DNA of 63,915 nt, the filler included, from Reclinomonas americana ATCC 50394 (lineage: Eukaryota), in the NCBI GenBank assembly GCA_048213135.1. It is 5 parts of 4 records of this genome, joined end to end, with 100 filler letters (N's around TTAATTAATTAA, not from the genome) between each part and the next. Parts side by side here need not be neighbours in the genome. Positions count along the whole stretch, not along the records: positions 61,524 to 63,915 come from PS015357.1; 4 more parts are not named here. The stretch is one strand, 5' to 3'. Positions within the stretch are counted from its first letter, which is position 1; every line of letters begins with the position of its first letter. This document shows, piece by piece, positions 61,524 to 63,915 of the stretch. The position numbers and the translations under genes were made by a program. The notes beneath the pieces were generated by a model. That model did not search any database, was not told where the DNA came from, and saw only the letters and a program-made list of their open reading frames with translations.

Positions 61524-63126
61524 CTCCATCTCGGTCGGCTTCATCGGCTACCCCAACGTCGGCAAGAGCTCCATCATCAACACCCTGGTCAAGAAGCGCG
61601 CCTGCTCCGTGGCACCCATTCCCGGTCAGACCAAGGTGAGCAGTTGACAAGTGCCATTATTTCTCGCTCTTCCCCTTCGCCCCCTCAGACTTTTTTTCCT
61701 TTTTCATTCCCAGATCTGGCAGTACGTGTCGCTCTTTGGCCGCGTGTACCTGATCGATTGCCCCGGTGTGGTGCATCCGAGTGCCGACTCGTCTGACTCG
61801 GACTGCGTGCTGCGCTCGGTCGTGCGTGTGGAGGACCTTGCGGAGCCGGAGCAATACGTGGAGGATGTGATGCGACGTGTGCAACCGCAGCATTTGAAGC
61901 GCACGTACGGCATTGCGGACTACACCGACCACGTTGACTTCCTCGAGCAGTACGCCGTGCAATCAGGACGCCTGCTGAAGGCGGGCGAGCCAGACGTGCC
62001 GACGGCTGCCAAGATGATGCTGTACGACTGGCAGCGCGGTCGTCTGCCGTGGTTCGTGCCGCCGCCCAAGCGCGAGGGCGACGAGGCTTTTGCCACGGCC
62101 GGTGCCGACGGGGATGATGGCGAGGTGGAGTACGACGAGGACGGCAAGCGAATCAAGGGCACCAAGAAGCGCACGACACGGACCAAGGACGGCGAGGCGA
62201 TTTTGCCGCAGCTGCGACAGAACTTTGCGGGTCTGCGGCCGATGGCGGCCATGGAGAACGAGGTCGATCCCGATCCGGAGGATGCTGACGAGGGGTGAGT
62301 GTGAGTGTGTGTGTGCGTGCGTGTATCGAGTCCAGTTGTGATGTTGACGTGCCTCCGTCTGCGTGCCAGTGATGACCTCATTGACTCGGCCAAGGACGAG
62401 AGCATGTACGAGGCGGTGATGAGCGAGGCCCCGGTGGAGGGCTTGTTGGAGGATGCCACGAGGCGAGGAGTGGAAGAGCGACTTCAGCGCGGCGAGGAGG
62501 ACGACGAGGACGCAGAAGAAGAAGACGAGGAGGAGGAGGAGGATGAGGAGAAGGAGCAGGGCAGCCGGAGATCGAACAAGAAGAAGGAGGTGCCAATGGC
62601 GGTGGAAGATGAGGAGGCGGAGGACTCGGAGAGCGACGTGGAGTGGGACGCTGTCATGCGCAGCGCTGCAGCGCTGTCCGACGGCGCACCGTTGCCAGGA
62701 GCCAGCACCGTGCAGAATGGCTCTGAGCATCATGCGGCAGACCACCACGATGACGATGACGAGGACGACGACGAGGCGGAGGAGATGGAGGCCGACTTGG
62801 TGGAGCGCGACGAGGCGCGATCCGCTCGCCGCGCCCGTGCCACCCCCGCCGAGGCCAAGATGGAGGCCAAGAAGCAGCGTCGACGCATGCGCAAGGGCAT
62901 CAAGCGCGAGCTGGCGCGTATCGAGGAGGCTGAAGAAGACGAGGAAGACGACGAAGAGGCTGCAGTGGTGGCAGTGGAGGAGCCGAAGGCAAAGGCAACG
63001 CCCAAGTCGAAGCAGAAGAAGTCCACCGGTGGCAAGAAGGCCACTGCCAGCGCGGCAGTGGCCAGCGGCAGCGGCAAGAAGCGACGAAAGATTGGGGCTG
63101 CCAAGTTTGTTGTGACGTCGGAGTAA
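61524..63126 (+). CDS. NOG2: Nucleolar GTP-binding protein 2, 3' part
   Basis: [41 protein letters not shown]...YLIDCPGVV...[10 protein letters not shown]...[20 protein letters not shown], then an acidic/basic tail. Confidence 0.95.
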
Positions 63127-63199
63127 AGTCTGTCCTCGCACGTTTGTGTCCTCCCGCATTTTTTCCGCCGAAAGACAAAGATAAGAGAGAGGGTTTGCC

Positions 63200-63915
63200 A
63201 TGAGTGAGGCCGCAGGATCAGCAGATTACACAGTGGAGGAGCTGCGCGGGGACTTGGAAGAAGGTGCCACTTGCCTCTGTGAGAGAGTGTGAGCGTGTGT
63301 TGTTGTTGTCTCACTCTCAACACAAACAGCATTGGGTTACATCAAAAGTCGCGAGTATCGCGATGCTGCAGACACATTCCAGTCTCTCATTGTGCTCTCG
63401 TTGCGTATGTGTGTGTGAGAGAGAAAGGTGCAAAGTTCTCATTGCTTCTCTCACAGCAAGGATCTCTTTGGTGATGAGGAGAGTGTGCATCTGGCGGAGC
63501 TGTACTATGGATATGCGAATGCGACCATGCTGGAGGCGGAGAACTCGGAGACTGCGTTGTGGACAGGAGGTTGAGTGTGCAACACAAAGAGAAGAGAGAG
63601 AGAGAGAGGAGGGAGGGAGAGAGATAGAGAAAGAGGACACAGAAGGGGAACAGGAAGAGGGGAGAGGAAGAAAGAAACGCCAGCAACTGGGCTTTCTGTT
63701 CCTCGCTGCTCAATCGCTTGTCTCTCTCCTTCCTTCCTTCTCTCTCTCTCTCTCATGCCAGGCGTCGGCAAAGGCGGCGAAGATGGCGATGACGACGAGG
63801 AGGAAGACGATCCGTTCGAGTCGTCGTGGATGGTGCTGGAGATTGCTCGTCGATCCCTGGAGCGTGCCCTCGGCATCCCGTCGACTGCGGGAGAGACAGA
63901 GGAGGCGGGTGAAGC
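63200..63915 (+). CDS. NASP/Sim3/Hif1-like SHNi-TPR histone chaperone, 5' part
   Basis: Spliced ...REYRDAADTFQ...LFGDEESVHLAELYYGYANATMLEAE...acidic insert...DDPFESSWMVLEIAR, the interrupted-TPR pattern. Confidence 0.7.

Noticed and set aside
1..63915. Alternative genetic code or non-GT intron system
   Set aside because: Conserved genes end at TAA, TGA or TAG with no in-frame stops, and the introns I traced resolve as GT-AG apart from one GC-AG.

Overview
Intron-rich, GC-rich genomic DNA from a flagellated unicellular eukaryote (GAS8/DRC4 present; standard genetic code; mostly 50-100 nt GT-AG introns with CT/AG/CA microsatellites). It is a draft assembly with many N gaps, four artificial N-TTAATTAATTAA-N linkers and two small contigs that splicing logic shows are in the wrong orientation. 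Recognisable genes: GH114 (3' part), proteasome alpha4, GAS8, a secreted C39-like peptidase, a MORN protein, RPSA, a WKF/C7orf50-like protein, four related WD40 genes, an EamA/DMT transporter, a RING protein with a MYCBP2-like Cys motif, a WW-domain polyQ/P protein, anoctamin, a DUSP-domain USP (5' part), NOG2 (3' part), a NASP-like protein (5' part) and a U1 snRNA not shown by the ORF track. The standout signal is two large spliced genes encoding phage-tail-fibre-like Ser/Thr/Gly beta-rich proteins ending in a Peptidase S74 (intramolecular chaperone) domain plus coiled coil. One has an N-terminal disordered region and a transmembrane anchor; the other carries about 50 copies of a 50-aa repeat in one ~8.6 kb exon. 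A frequent shifted 5' splice-site class (GTTGCG) is also notable. All gene models were spliced by eye and all family calls rest on remembered motifs, not database searches.
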